Of a DNA stretch of 64,000 nt, positions 41,836-54,086 are shown piece after piece. Numbering within the stretch: position 1 is the first letter of the stretch; the number at the start of each line of letters is the position of its first letter. The position numbers were made by a program, and so were the translations under genes. The stretch spans positions 34,224,001 through 34,288,000 of the forward strand of contig OZ024743.1 in assembly GCA_964016885.1 (NCBI GenBank), read 5' to 3'. The notes beneath the pieces were generated by a model. The model had not been told where the DNA came from and searched no databases. It saw only the letters and a program-made list of their open reading frames with translations. Origin of the DNA: Eledone cirrhosa. Taxonomy: Eukaryota.

Positions 41836-41925
41836 TCCTCTTGATAAGTCGGCAGACCTCGCAGGGACTCTATATCTTTATGATATATTGTTTTTGTTTA
41901 TGCCACGAAACTACGTAGTCGAGGA
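41836..41925 (+). ncRNA. Type I hammerhead with U3-A8 covariant core, inside TA-flanked element 41667-42120
   Basis: Stem I tcctc/gagga; TTGATAA; stem II gtcggca/tgccac with a long loop; GAAAC-TACGTA-GTC (perfect palindrome ACTACGTAGT); predicted cleavage after 41920. Confidence 0.75.
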
Positions 41926-42166
41926 ATTTAGGAGCAGTTTAGGTATGATACATTTTATTACTAATTATATCTAAATGTTTCTTCTCTCTTCATAATGTAT
42001 TTTTAACTCTGATACTGGTTCAGTCTAGTTCAACTGAATTGGTCTGTCCCGGTCATTCATTGAGCAACATCGGTGAAGTTGGCACCCTTAACTCACAGTT
42101 GGGTGCGGATGCATTCATGTATATATGTGTGTGTCCGCATGTATCTGTGTGTTTCTAAATATATTG

Positions 42167-42245
<79 letters not shown>

Positions 42246-42502
42246 AGGTTGGCACCACACAAATTCAGGGATATATTATGTATGTATTCGCATAAATAAT
42301 TTTGAGATAGTGTGTCCGTGCTGGACGGACACTCTATCTCAAAATTATTTTTGAAAAGCATTTAGAAATGCGCAACCGGTAAAAACTTAAAAACTTAAAA
42401 CCACAACTGAATACTAACCCATACAATCACTAATACTCTTTTATTCCTAATTAAACCATTTTTCAACTGTGAACAATTTGTCAGCATTTTCTATTCCGTT
42501 TA

Positions 42503-42570
<68 letters not shown>

Positions 42571-42814
42571 AAAATGTTTGACCCCGACGGCAGAGCTCAA
42601 GCCGTTTCGACGGCTATTTCTGGAAGTTGTTTCATTGATCAGGTGAGTCTAAAGGCCGCTAATCACTGGAAATTACGTCACTTGGTCTTAAATACACCGT
42701 GTGTCTCTGATCAACTTCTTGTTGAGTCAAACAACGCCGTACGTTAAAACTATCCACAGTACAGAGTACTCACAACCTGTAACTGGATTACCTTAAACGA
42801 TACCTTATTATCCC

Positions 42815-42876
<62 letters not shown>

Positions 42877-43699
42877 TATATACGGTAAATAATGAATGGT
42901 AACAGAAAGATAATTGATTAGGAGTGTTGTTGCGGTGTTTAAGGAGTGTTTAAGGAAGGGTTGTAAAAGTGCCCTCCTGCAGGTTTCATTTCAGTAAATG
43001 ACCTTTGATGGATATAATGGCAGGATGTTTTTCAATTTCTTTTCTCATAGCTGAATCAATTAACTTAAATGTATGAAGAATACCTTCAACAATTTTCTAT
43101 ATTAAAGATGTATTTAGGTGTGAGTGTTGCATGGGGCTGGGGTGAGGGGGGGTAATGAGGTGTAAGATACATGTCTTTTGATAAAAATGGGATGACAGCA
43201 AAAAGAAAAATAATGATACTTTTGGAATATTTGTCAGAAATGAATCTTTTGATATTGGTCTTTTTTTAGGGGGGGGGGGGAATACGAGCTCACATATTCA
43301 CTTCCCTACATGTAAAAATACATACAGCCCATATACATATACATATATACATACATACACACACCACACACACAACACACACATTTGTACATATACATAC
43401 ACACACATGCATACACATACCTGTACCTACAGACATACATACACATCTACCAAAGCATTTAAGTTTACATATACATTGGGGTGGGGAAAGGGGAATTAAT
43501 GAAATGGTAGTGTACGAGTATTGTTCTTCTCATCAACGATCGAATGTTTGAAAGTGTGGGTGTCATCCACTTCTATTTCGATATTTTTCTTTTTCAATAT
43601 GCGATTTTTTAAAAGAAACGAGAAAGGGGGAGAATCCCGTTATTTGAAGATGGAATGTTTTTTTTTTTTTTTTTTTTTTTTTGCGTTTTCAGTAGCTGT

Positions 43700-43895
43700 A
43701 TCCTGGGTTCAATCGGGGAGTAACCACAGTAAGTAAGGTACGCAATACATAGTAGAGTATACATTTTTAATATAGAAATGGCTTCTACAGGGCTAAAACT
43801 GTTTCATTCGAATGAAATCATCAGGAAAGCTTTCCTGATTATTTCCTTAGAATGAAACAGTTCTAGTCCTGTAGAAGCCTTTTCTACATTAGATG

Positions 43896-43896
<1 letters not shown>
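43700..43896 (-). mobile_element. Family B fold-back element carrying two back-to-back hammerheads
   Basis: Palindrome centred at ggaaag|ctttcc (43829/43830); the minus-strand arm has an intact CTGATGA...GAAA...GTA, the plus-strand arm has CTGATTA; the tail matches 342-420. Confidence 0.75.
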
Positions 43897-43953
<57 letters not shown>

Positions 43954-44395
43954 GCCTTACCTAAATACATAGTAAAACCTACTACAGCCAGTAGGCATCT
44001 CTAACAAAATACACCCCGTCCCACCACCCCCACCCCCACCCCATCCACACCACCCCGTTCTATGTAAAGTTATGTTGGTGCCGCGCCATCCAGGCCGAAA
44101 CAAATGAGATCGTGTAGGTGTCACGACAAAAAACACACAGTCCACGCTGTAATGTGGCCGTGTAGGCAACACGGTAAAAACCTCCCAGACCCACACTGTA
44201 AATGTGGTTGGTGTTAGGAAAGGCATCCAACTGTAGAAAACCTGCCAGACAGTCCTATGCGAGCAAGACAATCACTCTTGCCTCAAGTGGGACTACCCCC
44301 GTCCAAACCCATGCAAGCGTGGAACACGGACGTTAAACGTTGATGATGATGATGATTCATTCGGTAGAAATCATCAGGAAACCCGAAATCATCAG

Positions 44396-44446
44396 GGCTT
44401 CCTGATGATTTCTCTCTAATTAAACAGTTATAGTCCTGTAGAAGCC
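44396..44446 (+). ncRNA. Family B hammerhead (6-bp stem I, GAAA mutated to TAAA)
   Basis: ggcttc-CTGATGA-...-TAAA-cag...ctg-TA-gaagcc; tail homologous to 342-420 and ending at (TA)n. Confidence 0.6.
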
Positions 44447-44525
44447 TTTTCTATATTAAATGTTTATACTCTGCTATGTATTGAGTACGTTACTTACTCT
44501 GGTAACCCTCCGATTGAAAGGGATA

Positions 44526-44621
<96 letters not shown>

Positions 44622-44807
44622 TATATAGAGAATTTAGAATATCTACCAACATATGCGTACAGATGTACACTAATGCTAGCAAATACATAAGTTATGTCAT
44701 AGTACCTAGGTGGTTCAATGCAGGAGGATGCAGAACAATAATATGAAAGACGTAAAATAAGAAAATTAAAAAAAAAATTAAAAATTAACTTACTTACTAA
44801 AATTTTC

Positions 44808-44889
44808 ACTCCAACTAATTAGTTTCTGTAATGGGATAAAGATAGTTACGTAATATAACCATCGAGAATTCATTACGTCATCAGGGAGT
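44808..44889 (-). ncRNA. Type I hammerhead, canonical core
   Basis: Minus strand: actcc-CTGATGA-c-gtaatg...cattac-a-GAAAC-TAATTA-GTT-ggagt; palindromic stem III ACTAATTAGT. Confidence 0.75.
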
Positions 44890-45464
44890 CTATTCTCAGC
44901 TAAGTCTCCAGGCAATGCGCGGACACTGGGGACTCATATAAAAATAATAATAATTCGGTGGATGGAACAGCTATATATATATATATATATATATATATTT
45001 AAGTATTACCACCCCACATTTTGTATGTGTGGATGTATGTGTCTGTGGAGGTGGGTGTGAGTATAGTGCAAGCCAACCTACATAAGTCTTTTTATATGTA
45101 AATTTTCTACTCTAACCATAATTTTCAGTAGCACCACTCCACATAAATTCCTCAATTTAAGAATGACCTGTAGTATGTATTTCATACTATTAACCTTAAT
45201 TGAATATATTACTGACCAGGAATGCCTTTTGTGAAAATCAGTCATATGGAACTATTGTCAGCTTGCCTGACGGTTTGAACTTTACAACACCACCTGCCTC
45301 TTTGAGGTCAAATACTAACCCTACTACCATCTACAAACTGACCAATGAGAATTAAGACTATTCCTGCTGACAACATGAAATTATTCCTAACAAACTCATA
45401 TGTCCCAAGGCTCTGATACCATCAATACTATAAACACAGAGCTGGCATATCTAAGAACTGACTA

Positions 45465-45520
45465 ACTGCCTGATGAGGTCATAGCCATTCAATGGCTATC
45501 ATCGAAATATATATAGCAGT
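45465..45520 (+). ncRNA. Type I hammerhead, canonical core
   Basis: actgc-CTGATGA-ggtc-atagcca-ttcaa-tggctat-catc-GAAAT-ATAT-ATA-gcagt; predicted cleavage after 45515. Confidence 0.8.
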
Positions 45521-45577
45521 AAATAAAGGATTATGAGTTCATGCAATTGACTTATGTTTCGTCACTATATATATATA

Positions 45578-45770
45578 TAGGAAAAAGTATGACCCCGACG
45601 GCAGAGCTCAAGCCGTTTCGACGGCTATTTCTTAGTCCAGAAATAGCCGTCGAAACGGCTTGAGCTCTGCCGTCGGGGTCATACTTTTTCCTATTTCCCA
45701 CTCTACTAACCTAAGTATTGAGTACTCTGATGCGTTATGGTCCATTTGGTTCCTTACCACAATTCCTTTG

Positions 45771-45771
<1 letters not shown>
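45578..45771 (+). mobile_element. Family A fold-back copy with ~55-bp perfect arms
   Basis: taggaaaaagtatgaccccg...tatttct-tagtcc-agaaatagccg...catactttttccta, then the tail to (TA)n; the same inverted start is seen at 42568. Confidence 0.85.
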
Positions 45772-45832
<61 letters not shown>

Positions 45833-45923
45833 CGAAGGAAATGTGGTAAGGAACCAGGTGGACCATAACGCACCAAAGTACTCAATACTTAGGGTAGTAG
45901 AGTGGGTAATAGGAACGAGTAGG

Positions 45924-46028
45924 ACCCCCTTTTTTTCGACGGCTGAGCTCAAGCCGTTTCGACGGCTAATTCTGGACTAAATGAAATTTTTTATCCTGGT
46001 ATTAGAATAGCCGAGCTTCTCAGGGGGT
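45924..46028 (-). ncRNA. Hammerhead in family A terminal repeat (damaged copy)
   Basis: acccc-CTGAGAA-g..cggctattct[loop]agaattagccg..c-GAAACGGC-ttgagctca-GCCGTC, then a 9-nt insert, then ggggt; sister copies have GTC directly followed by ggggt. Confidence 0.6.
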
Positions 46029-47182
46029 AATTCCATATATGGTAAAAGTGATTGTCACAAGGATTGGTCAAAAGTTTGTTGTTGAGACAATAATTCTATC
46101 ATGGCAATTTGTGGAGGGAAGGGGTAGCTGAACCTGCCAGTAGAAGAAAGAGGGAGAGGGGGTGGAGGAAACCCAGTTATGCGTTGATAGTGCCATCTAC
46201 AGCTGGGCAGGAGGTCAAAGAAGATACTAGGGAGGGGGAGGGGGAGGAAGTCGAAACAATAAGTGAAACAATATGGGGTAAATATATAGAAAAATACCGA
46301 GAGTGTTAAAAAACAATTAAATGTAAAAAAAAACAAAAACAATTTCTGGTTACTATAACCTAAGGACAGCTATCAAGTCTCTCACTGGTACTGCTAGACT
46401 AAAGAAAGGTTTACTAGTTGGGACGGAATTATAATGAGACCCTTTTAAGAGGTATAAGTAAACAACCGAATATATCTTACGGTGACGGGTCAACAAGTGG
46501 GGGGCCAAAATACTAAAGAAACTACCACTAAATAATAATTCAGAGTCCCGAGACCAGTACGAAATAAAAGTGTCTACCCCAGGCACAAGGCCAGCAACAA
46601 CCCAGTGCAAAAAAAAAAAAAACTAATACGAAATAATAATTCAGAATCCCGAAAAAGAATACTAATACTATCTCTAAGGGTGCCGCCACGATACAAAAAT
46701 TCTAGTGCAAACTACATAAATGCTCGTACGAAGTATATGTAAAATTTGATACGGAAAATTAATTCGGAATCCCCCCCCCCCCCCAAATATAAATACTGAT
46801 ATACGAGAAATTAAAGCAAAGATACCACTAAGAAATATAGAAAGCACGGAAAAGGGGCAGCCATCGGATAAGAAGGCAAGTATCCGGGGTCTAACACATC
46901 TGCTATAAAAAGCGGAGTCGGCCAAATATATCATAGAATAGGGGAAGGGGTGGGGGTACTGAGGCTACAAAGGACCGAGGGGCTGCCTCGGGTGGGCGAG
47001 AAAGTAAAATAAAAGGACGACGACAAAGAAAGAGGATTGGGGTGGAAGGACTAGGGAGGGATGGGGGGAAGAAGGAAATATAGAGGAAGCGATAAAAAGA
47101 TATAAAAGAAGATCTTACGTCTACCTATGCAAGCAGGGGTTACCCATTACAAAATCGGCAAGTGGGGTGTTATAGCGCATGT

Positions 47183-48016
47183 CTACCCCCCCCCCCCCGG
47201 GTCATTATGGGGTTTGAGGGCGAGGTAAGTCCAACGCAATCTGTGTTCACATGCAGTTACCAGTTCATCTTTCTTGTTTAGGAGTTGGTCCGTCGAAAAC
47301 AGCATTTGTAAAGTTTCCTCCGAGCATAAATTGCACGGACAGTGTCCTCCCGTGTAAGAGTTGGCTCTGGATAGTAAGCTCCAAGTGAGATCATAGGTAA
47401 TATTGTTATCCTTGAGGTCCCATATGTGGCCCGAATGTGTAGTGGCGTGACGCCGGGCCGGGTTTCGGAAGGTATGTCTGTGTTGGTATAGCCGGGTCTT
47501 GAAGTCACATGCGGTTAATCCTATATAAGCTTTGTTGGAGGTGTCCATCCTCACGTTGCACTGGTAGATCACATTACGATCTCTGCATCTGTTGTCGAGG
47601 GGGAAAATGGATCCATCAGGACAGTTGCACCTCCTGGTCGGCTCTCCACTGCTATTTAGGTTATTTCTTCCATAGGGGTTGAGTTTTTTTATGTTAGAGG
47701 AGACGATGTTTTGTGCAAAGTTTGGTGTAGTGCTGTAGGAGAGTTTGATGGTATTTTTGTTAATTATGTTGTGGTAGCGGTGTTGTAGTGGGAAGTGTTT
47801 TTCAATGAGCCTAAAGAAGATTTTCCCGATAGGAGTTGTCACCTCGGCGTTGTGGGGAGGATTGAACCATGTTACGTTGCGTGAGCGGCGATGTCGCCTG
47901 CTGGTTCCGCTAATGGAAGCTGGACAGTAGGATATTTCCTCCCGGAAACCACTGCGCTTGAGGGCCTGGTTGTAATAAGGCGCATGTTCCTCGAATATCT
48001 GCTCATTAGCTGACAA
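47183..48016 (-). CDS. PLE ORF C-terminal part: Cys linker and GIY-YIG endonuclease (Neptune type), 5'-truncated
   Basis: RNVTWFNPPHN, IKLSYSTTPN, CNC...PLDNRC, NVIYQC...AYIGLTACDFKTRLYQHRHTF, CNLCSEE, LLNKKDELVTACEH. Confidence 0.85.
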   Translation of the reverse strand: MSANEQIFEEHAPYYNQALKRSGFREEISYCPASISGTSRRHRRSRNVTWFNPPHNAEVTTPIGKIFFRLIEKHFPLQHRYHNIINKNTIKLSYSTTPNFAQNIVSSNIKKLNPYGRNNLNSSGEPTRRCNCPDGSIFPLDNRCRDRNVIYQCNVRMDTSNKAYIGLTACDFKTRLYQHRHTFRNPARRHATTHSGHIWDLKDNNITYDLTWSLLSRANSYTGGHCPCNLCSEETLQMLFSTDQLLNKKDELVTACEHRLRWTYLALKPHNDPGGGG

Positions 48017-48091
48017 ACGAGATATGCGGAGGGAGATGTTTTTAACCAGGTTATTGGTGATGTTCCTAGGATGGTTTGACCGGCGGTGGAT

Positions 48092-48138
<47 letters not shown>

Positions 48139-48545
48139 AGAGAAAGAGAGAGTGAGATGTTTAACATCCCGACCGCAGTGCCAAGCAGTAGCAGACAAAT
48201 ATATTTCCATCATGGCTTTCTCTCACTCCTTTGTGACCTGACTTTTGAAGTGGCGAAATGCTTTCGCTCCATCCCTTCTTTGTCTTTTATTATTTTTGTT
48301 GGTGGATTGGCAGTGTCGGTAGAGGGTCGGGAGCCATACTTTTTCACCATAGAGTTATGTCCCTTTGCGGTCTGAGTTCAAATCTCACCGAGGTTAACTT
48401 TCCCTTTGATCTTTACGGGATCGATAAAATAAAGTACCAGTAATACACTGGGTAATTTGCTGACCTTGTGTCAAAAGTAGAAACAATTATTATTGTTGGT
48501 TCCAAGGCTTGAATTAATTCGCAATAATTTTTATTTCCTCTATGA

Positions 48546-48591
<46 letters not shown>

Positions 48592-49317
48592 CATGAGAAG
48601 AAAGAAGAATACTGCGTGGTTTGCACATGGGTTACATATGATAAAAATAGTCCTTTGTCAGTGATTTTCCATATATATATATATATATATATATATTTAT
48701 TTATTTAGGTTTGTTGGTTGACCACTGGATAGAATTGGTTTGGTCATTCCGTATGGTCAATCTCGATGTAATATTATGGAGAATACTAAACGTAATGCAG
48801 CTCACCCGTCTTCGTTTGTGTAGTTGGTGGTGCGAGTACGGATTCATACGGAAAATACGGAACCCGATCATTGAAATGATCATAGTATAATAAGCCTTTC
48901 AAGGATTTACACAAGTCCAGCCTCCTGTTATTTTATTATATATATAAATATATGTATATCATTATCTTTTATCGGTAGAGCGTTGGACGTCATGCTTTCT
49001 AGCATAGTTACGTCCCTTTATGGTCTGAGTTCAAATCCCGTCGAGGTTAACTTTGCCTTTCATCCTTATGGGGTCGATAAAATTATGTACCAGTAATGTA
49101 CTGGATAATTGCTGGCCTTGTGCCAAAAGTAGAAACAATTATATTTCTATATATACATACATATATCTTTATATATATATATCATTATCTTTTTACATAT
49201 ATACATATATTTTTATATATATAATCATTATCTTTCTACATTTATACATATATCTTTATATATATATCATTATCTTTATATATATATATATACATTATCT
49301 TTCTACATATATACATA

Positions 49318-52175
49318 CTGTTCGAGGAGAGTGGTATACAGATACTTGCGATCCAAGAACACAGGATCCTACACGATGAGCCCGTGAGGAGTGTAATGAT
49401 CGGGAAGATGAGCCAGCTCATCACCACATCGGCAGTGAAGAACATGACCAATGCTGCAGTGGGAGGAGTGGGTTTTGTTTTCAGCACAAAAACCAGTCTA
49501 TTGGTGAGGGAAATAATGTCTGTCTCCCCGCGAGTGTTGAGGGTGACCTTCAATGGAAACCCAAGACTGACAGTCATCTCAGCCTATAGTCCAACCGAGG
49601 GGGACAGTGATGTGAGTGCGGAAGAGTTCCATGAGGAGGTGTGAAGAGCTGTCAACACCACTCAAGCACACAATATCCTGCTTGTTTTGGGGGACTTCAA
49701 TGCACATCTGAGTAAGGAGGGCAGTGAAGATCCTTGCTGATACTTCCATAACAACACCAACCGAAATGGAAGTCTACTGAGAGACACCCTGCTGGAGGCG
49801 AACTTGATAGCGACCAACCTAAGGTTTAGGAAGAATCTGGGGAAGATGTGGACCTACATCTCAGATATGCACCTGTCCAAGTCCCAGATTGATTTCATTC
49901 TGGTGAGGAAAAAGTGGCGGAATAGTGTTCTGAACAGAGAACCATAGAACTATTTCAGTACACTGGGTAGTGACCACCGGCTTGTTATGAGTGAGGTCCG
50001 GGTGAGCTTAAGAAAGAGCAAGGCTCGGCCCCGGAGAGCAATCTATGACTGGGGAGCTTTCAAGGAAGATGATAAGCTACAGGAGAGGTTCACAGTGGAA
50101 GTGAGAAACAGGTTCAATGCTCTGTGTGGAGAGTCAGAGGAGAGAGAGATTGGATGGACTGAGGAGAGTGTAACGAGGAGGTACGGGCACTTCACCAATA
50201 CAGTGGCGGTAGCAAGTGAAACCCTGGTGCAGAGGAAAAAGAACAAAAGGAAGCACGTCAGCTCTGCAAACCCAAAAGTGTGTGCAGCCAGAGAACACCT
50301 GAAAGCTGCCAAGGACCAATTCTATGCTGATTCTACGGAGGAGAGGATGGAGACTGTGGAGGTGATGAGGAAGAACTCTGTACCGCTTACACTGAGGCCA
50401 GAGAGGAGGCACTGATAGAGAAGATCAGAAGTGTGGAGAGAGCGGTTGACAGATCCGGATGTAAGGAGAGCTGGATGATCATCAACGAGATCACAGGGAG
50501 GAAGAGAAGGTGTTCGAGTCAGATACAGGGAACGAGGCCCGAGGATAGGAAGAGGAAATGGCTAGACCATTTTAGGATCCTACTAGGAGAGCCACCCTCC
50601 ACAGCCCAGAGCACTGGGGAGATCAGGCGGCTGTTTGAGGAACTGGATGTTGAGACAGAGCCCTTCACCAGAGAGGAGCTTCAGAGAGCCAAGAATAAGA
50701 TCAAGGAGGGCAAGGCTCATGGAGAAGATGGAGTGGCATCAGAGGTGGTGAAGAGGTGTGATTTTGATGATATCATCCTGGGGTTCTGTAACCGGGCACT
50801 GGAGAAAGGAGTTGCCCCGAATCAGCGGAGGATCAGCAACATCGTCCCAGTGCCAAAGAAGGGAGATCTCTCTAACACCAACAACTACAGGGGGATCTCA
50901 CTGACGTCACTTGTGGCAAAGACCCTCAACAGGATGATTCTTAACATGATCCAGCCTGAGATGGAGAAGAAGCTCGAGGACAACCAGAACGGCTTCAGAG
51001 AGGGAAGATCAACCACCAGTCACATCCTGATGCTGAGGAGGATATTAGAGGGAGCTAGAGCAAAGTGCCTTCCTGCGGTCATGGTTTTCATTGACTTTAG
51101 GAAGGCCTTTGATTCTGTGGACCGTCACTGCCTGATGAAGATCTTACAGGCTTATGGAATCCCCAAGAGGATAGTGGACCTGATATCACTGCTCTACACC
51201 AACACCAAAGCCCAAGTCATTACACCTGATGGGATGACAGAGTTCTTTGAGATACTGGCTGGAGTGCTCCAGGGAGATACATTGGCTCCCTACCTTTTTA
51301 TCATCGTAGTGGACTATTGTATGCGCCTTGCACTGGAGAAACACCAGGACTCTGGCTTTACTGTAGCACCGGCTCAGAGCAGGAGAGTTAAGGCGAAAAA
51401 GGTATCGGATGCTGAATTTCCCGACGACATAGTTTTGGTGACAAATACAGTGAAAGAGGCAGAGGATTTGATGCGGGAGGTTGAGACTGTGTCGATGAGT
51501 GTGGGGCTGAGAATGAATGAGACTAAAACAAAATATCTGGTAGAGAATGTTGAGGAGCCAGAGGGGATCACTAATGTAGGCGGGAAGCCGCTAGAATTGG
51601 TTGAAGGTTTCCTGTATTTGGGAGCAAAGATTGGGAATACGGAAGATGATGTGGTTGAGAGGAAGAGCAAAGCCTGGGCGGCGTGCCACAGCTTGAGATC
51701 GGTGTGGATGACGGACCTTCGTAAAGACCTGAAAGTCCGCCTCTTCATTGCTGTAGTGGAGTCTGTGCTGCTGTACGGGTCTGAGACTTGGACACTGACC
51801 AAGAAACTCACTCAGATGGTGGATGGGTGCTACACGAGAATGCTGAGGATGGCTCTGAACATTAATCAGTATACACTGAGGATGAAAAACTCAGAGCTGT
51901 ATGGGAGCATCCCAAAAGTCAGCTCAAAACTGACACAGAGGAGACTGAGGTTAGCTGGACATGCTCACCGACATCCAGAGTTGACATTGCACTCAGTGCT
52001 CCTGTGGGAGCCCCTACATGGACACACTAGAAGAGGAAGACCAAGGTTAACGTATGTTGATGCCCTAAGGACAGACACTGGTCTGTTGGAGACGCAGGAC
52101 ATGGCAGCGATAATGAGGGACAGAAACCGCTGGAGAGAACTCGTCCATGGATCTCGGGAATTTTACCCGCCTTAG
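49318..52175 (+). mobile_element. RTE-type LINE, slightly 5'-truncated (APE endonuclease + RT)
   Basis: EN motifs ILAIQEHR, VISAYSPT, VLGDFNA, IDFIL, SDHRLV with a few stops and frameshifts; RT ORF follows; ends at its stop codon directly into (TA)n; inserted in a minisatellite. Confidence 0.92.
50433..52175 (+). CDS. LINE reverse transcriptase domain and C-terminus (part of an interrupted ORF)
   Basis: VPKKGDLS..NYRGISL, QNGFR, FIDFRKAFDSV, GVLQGDTLAPYLF, EFPDD, FLYLG, LLYGSETW, RRGRPRLTY. Confidence 0.9.
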   Translation: MERAVDRSGCKESWMIINEITGRKRRCSSQIQGTRPEDRKRKWLDHFRILLGEPPSTAQSTGEIRRLFEELDVETEPFTREELQRAKNKIKEGKAHGEDGVASEVVKRCDFDDIILGFCNRALEKGVAPNQRRISNIVPVPKKGDLSNTNNYRGISLTSLVAKTLNRMILNMIQPEMEKKLEDNQNGFREGRSTTSHILMLRRILEGARAKCLPAVMVFIDFRKAFDSVDRHCLMKILQAYGIPKRIVDLISLLYTNTKAQVITPDGMTEFFEILAGVLQGDTLAPYLFIIVVDYCMRLALEKHQDSGFTVAPAQSRRVKAKKVSDAEFPDDIVLVTNTVKEAEDLMREVETVSMSVGLRMNETKTKYLVENVEEPEGITNVGGKPLELVEGFLYLGAKIGNTEDDVVERKSKAWAACHSLRSVWMTDLRKDLKVRLFIAVVESVLLYGSETWTLTKKLTQMVDGCYTRMLRMALNINQYTLRMKNSELYGSIPKVSSKLTQRRLRLAGHAHRHPELTLHSVLLWEPLHGHTRRGRPRLTYVDALRTDTGLLETQDMAAIMRDRNRWRELVHGSREFYPP

Positions 52176-52795
52176 ATATATATATATATATATATTTTTA
52201 TATATATAATCATTATCTTTCTACATATATACATATATTTTTATATATATAATCATTATCTTTCTACATATATACATATATTTTTATATATATAATCATT
52301 ATCTTTCTACATATATACATATATTTTTATATATATAATCATTATCTTTCTACATATATACATATATCTTTATATATATATATCATTACCTTTCTACATA
52401 TATACATATATCTTTATATATATATATCATTATCTTTCTACATATATACATATATCTTTATATATATATATATCATTATCTTTCTACATATATACATATA
52501 TCTTTATATATATAATCATTATCTTTCTACATATATACATATATCTTTATATATATATATCATTATCTTTCTACATATATACATATATCTTTATATATAT
52601 ATATCATTATCTTTCTACATATATACATATATCTTTATATATATAATCATTATCTTTCTACATATATACATATATCTTTATATATATAATCATTATCTTT
52701 CTACATACATATATTTTTATATATATATATCATTACCTTTCTACATATATACATATATCTTTATATATATATATCATTATCTTTCTACATATTTA
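52176..52795. repeat. ~37-41-bp AT-rich minisatellite (ATCATTATCTTTCTACATATATACATATAT...)
   Basis: About 15 units; the same unit occurs at 49140-49317, on the other side of the LINE. Confidence 0.9.
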
Positions 52796-53070
52796 TTTGT
52801 CCTGTTTTCCCGTGTTTTATTTGGTGAGCTATTCTGCACCGTTCACTTATTCGAAAAGACCGCGAATTATATCGCTGCTGTCTTGTTTCGTATTAGTTTA
52901 TTTTATAAAAAAGATCTCCATTTTCGTATGAAATACTGGTGCACTGACAAGTGTGAAGCTGTATTTTGCAGCCGAAATCACAAAGACAATCAATTGACCC
53001 CTGACACGAAAGAAATCTCTATGAGTCTATCTTCTTCAAGTTATTTTTGCACTTCGTTTATCCATGTGCC

Positions 53071-53142
<72 letters not shown>

Positions 53143-53382
53143 AAACAAACGTATACATGATTTTTAATGATCATTTTCCAAATATTAGGACATCAAAACT
53201 CTTAGAGAGATTATGAATGGTACCAACTACTGAATAAAATAATTTTGTTCACACACATCGAGATATCGTATAGACTCGATTCTATTACGACATTGGGGAG
53301 AGAATCGTCCATATTTAAAATTCAAAACTACATTTGTGACGCGAGAAGGATATGAACTTGCCCCGACATATTTGACATTGCA

Positions 53383-53429
<47 letters not shown>

Positions 53430-53447
53430 TGTGTGCGTGTGTGTATG

Positions 53448-53584
<137 letters not shown>

Positions 53585-54020
53585 GTGTGTGTGTACCCAA
53601 ATATTCTTCAAAATCCTATCTAGATTGTCCTAGATACCATAATGGCTTGAGGTACACGATCTTTATACCTGAAATTCCTTTGAAGATAAACGTGCTAGAT
53701 TATGGCTAAACAACAATCGCGAAAATTAAGTCGTAAATGTTAGATGACACTACACAATAACTGATGTTTAGAATACATACCGTACGTTATCTATTAATCG
53801 TGTATATACATATGATACATCGTGTATATACATATCTGCATATTTTTAGGGAGCGTCTGTTTTAGCAGTTTTATTCATTAAATATGTACTCTAGTACAAT
53901 TCATCAAAGCTATTTATTACATCTACCTCTCGATCTTCTAGAAATAGCTACAGAAACTTCTTCACATTACATCCTATTTTAAATCATAAATATACATGAG
54001 ATAATATAATACTATCTCAC

Positions 54021-54086
54021 CTTACAAAGACAGGATGACAATGGCTGGAATGGCTTTGATAATGGGTCTTCTTGATCATGGTTGTC
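54021..54086 (-). other. Candidate exon, or 3' end of a first exon, of a minus-strand host transcript
   Basis: Donor AAG|GTGAGA at 54021/54020; possible acceptor ttttgttcttgtacaacactag| at 54087; lies in a repeat-poor unique island (~53600-55260). Confidence 0.3.

Larger units (their letters stand above)
45831..48085 (-). mobile_element. 5'-truncated Neptune-type PLE (RT thumb + GIY-YIG) with 3' terminal repeat; parent of family A
   Basis: The ORF, then ~1.3 kb of 3' sequence ending in a hammerhead (45924-46028) and the family A tail at (TA)n. Confidence 0.85.

Noticed and set aside
51374-51811. Antisense ORFs over the LINE (also 50043-50412)
   Set aside because: Shadow frames of the RT coding sequence with no independent signal.
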